From an uncultured Actinomycetes bacterium (GTDB lineage Bacteria > Actinomycetota > Thermoleophilia > Gaiellales > Gaiellaceae), in contig CAWFLY010000005.1 in the NCBI GenBank assembly GCA_963816735.1, positions 294,539 to 358,538 on the forward strand: a stretch of DNA of 64,000 nt, given 5' to 3'. The first letter of the stretch is position 1; each line of letters opens with the position of its first letter. This document shows positions 63,855-64,000 of this stretch, piece after piece. The translations under genes and the position numbers were made by a program. The notes under the pieces were generated by a model. The model did no database searches. It worked only from the letters and a program-made list of their open reading frames with translations, and was not told the DNA's origin.

Positions 63855-64000
63855 TCAGCGGAGCAGTACAACACGGACGCCGAGGCCGACCAGCACCAAC
63901 CCGGTTGCGCGCTCGAGCCACGTGCGCACGCGCGGGCGCGCGAGGACACGGCCGAGCGCTCCGACCCCAAGGGAGAAGGCGCGCCACCAGACGACGGCGA
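63855..64000 (-). CDS. LysE-like exporter, C-terminal fragment (5' end beyond the window)
   Basis: Minus-strand reading ...WWRAFSLGVGALGRVLARPRVRTWLERATGLVLVGLGVRVVLLR* ends at 63855. Confidence 0.55.
   Translation of the reverse strand, partial: AVVWWRAFSLGVGALGRVLARPRVRTWLERATGLVLVGLGVRVVLLR

Overview
High-GC (about 70%) bacterial chromosomal window with an Actinomycetota-like gene repertoire; the taxonomic guess is inference only.

Left to right:
- a 3'-partial amidase;
- a caa3-type cytochrome oxidase operon (ctaC-ctaD-ctaB plus a 38-aa membrane ORF);
- a Pho cluster: an OmpR-type regulator and kinase, pstSCAB, and phoU;
- uppP;
- a complete GlgE alpha-glucan cluster (malQ | glgE-treS-mak-glgB, with glgX further on);
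- a TauE exporter, GGT and a P450;
- an intact sulfide/sulfur-relay operon (sqr, dsrC/tusE-like, dsrE-like, membrane protein, MOSC);
- a second two-component pair;
- a GT2/GH114 pair;
- a DUF1800-DUF1501-cupredoxin operon;
- a MarR/cupin pair;
- a 13.2-kb block bounded by tRNA-Arg(CCU) and a 43-bp copy of its 3' half. It holds membrane and stress-type genes, a LAL-LuxR regulator and an MFS pump, but no integrase;
- an aminotransferase, tandem paralogous anchored proteins, a rhodanese and LysE;
- an ABC-2 transporter, methyltransferase, GNAT and CitE-like chain;
- otsB, ybjQ and a partial LysE.

Non-genic signals worth a second look are two identical 31-bp perfect palindromes between glgE and treS, and two about 85% identical 81-bp elements next to the LuxR regulator.

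Many conserved genes in roughly the first 36 kb are readable only across frame switches, several of them at homopolymers. I read these as probable sequence indel errors. Coordinates of those genes are therefore inferred spans, not single clean ORFs.
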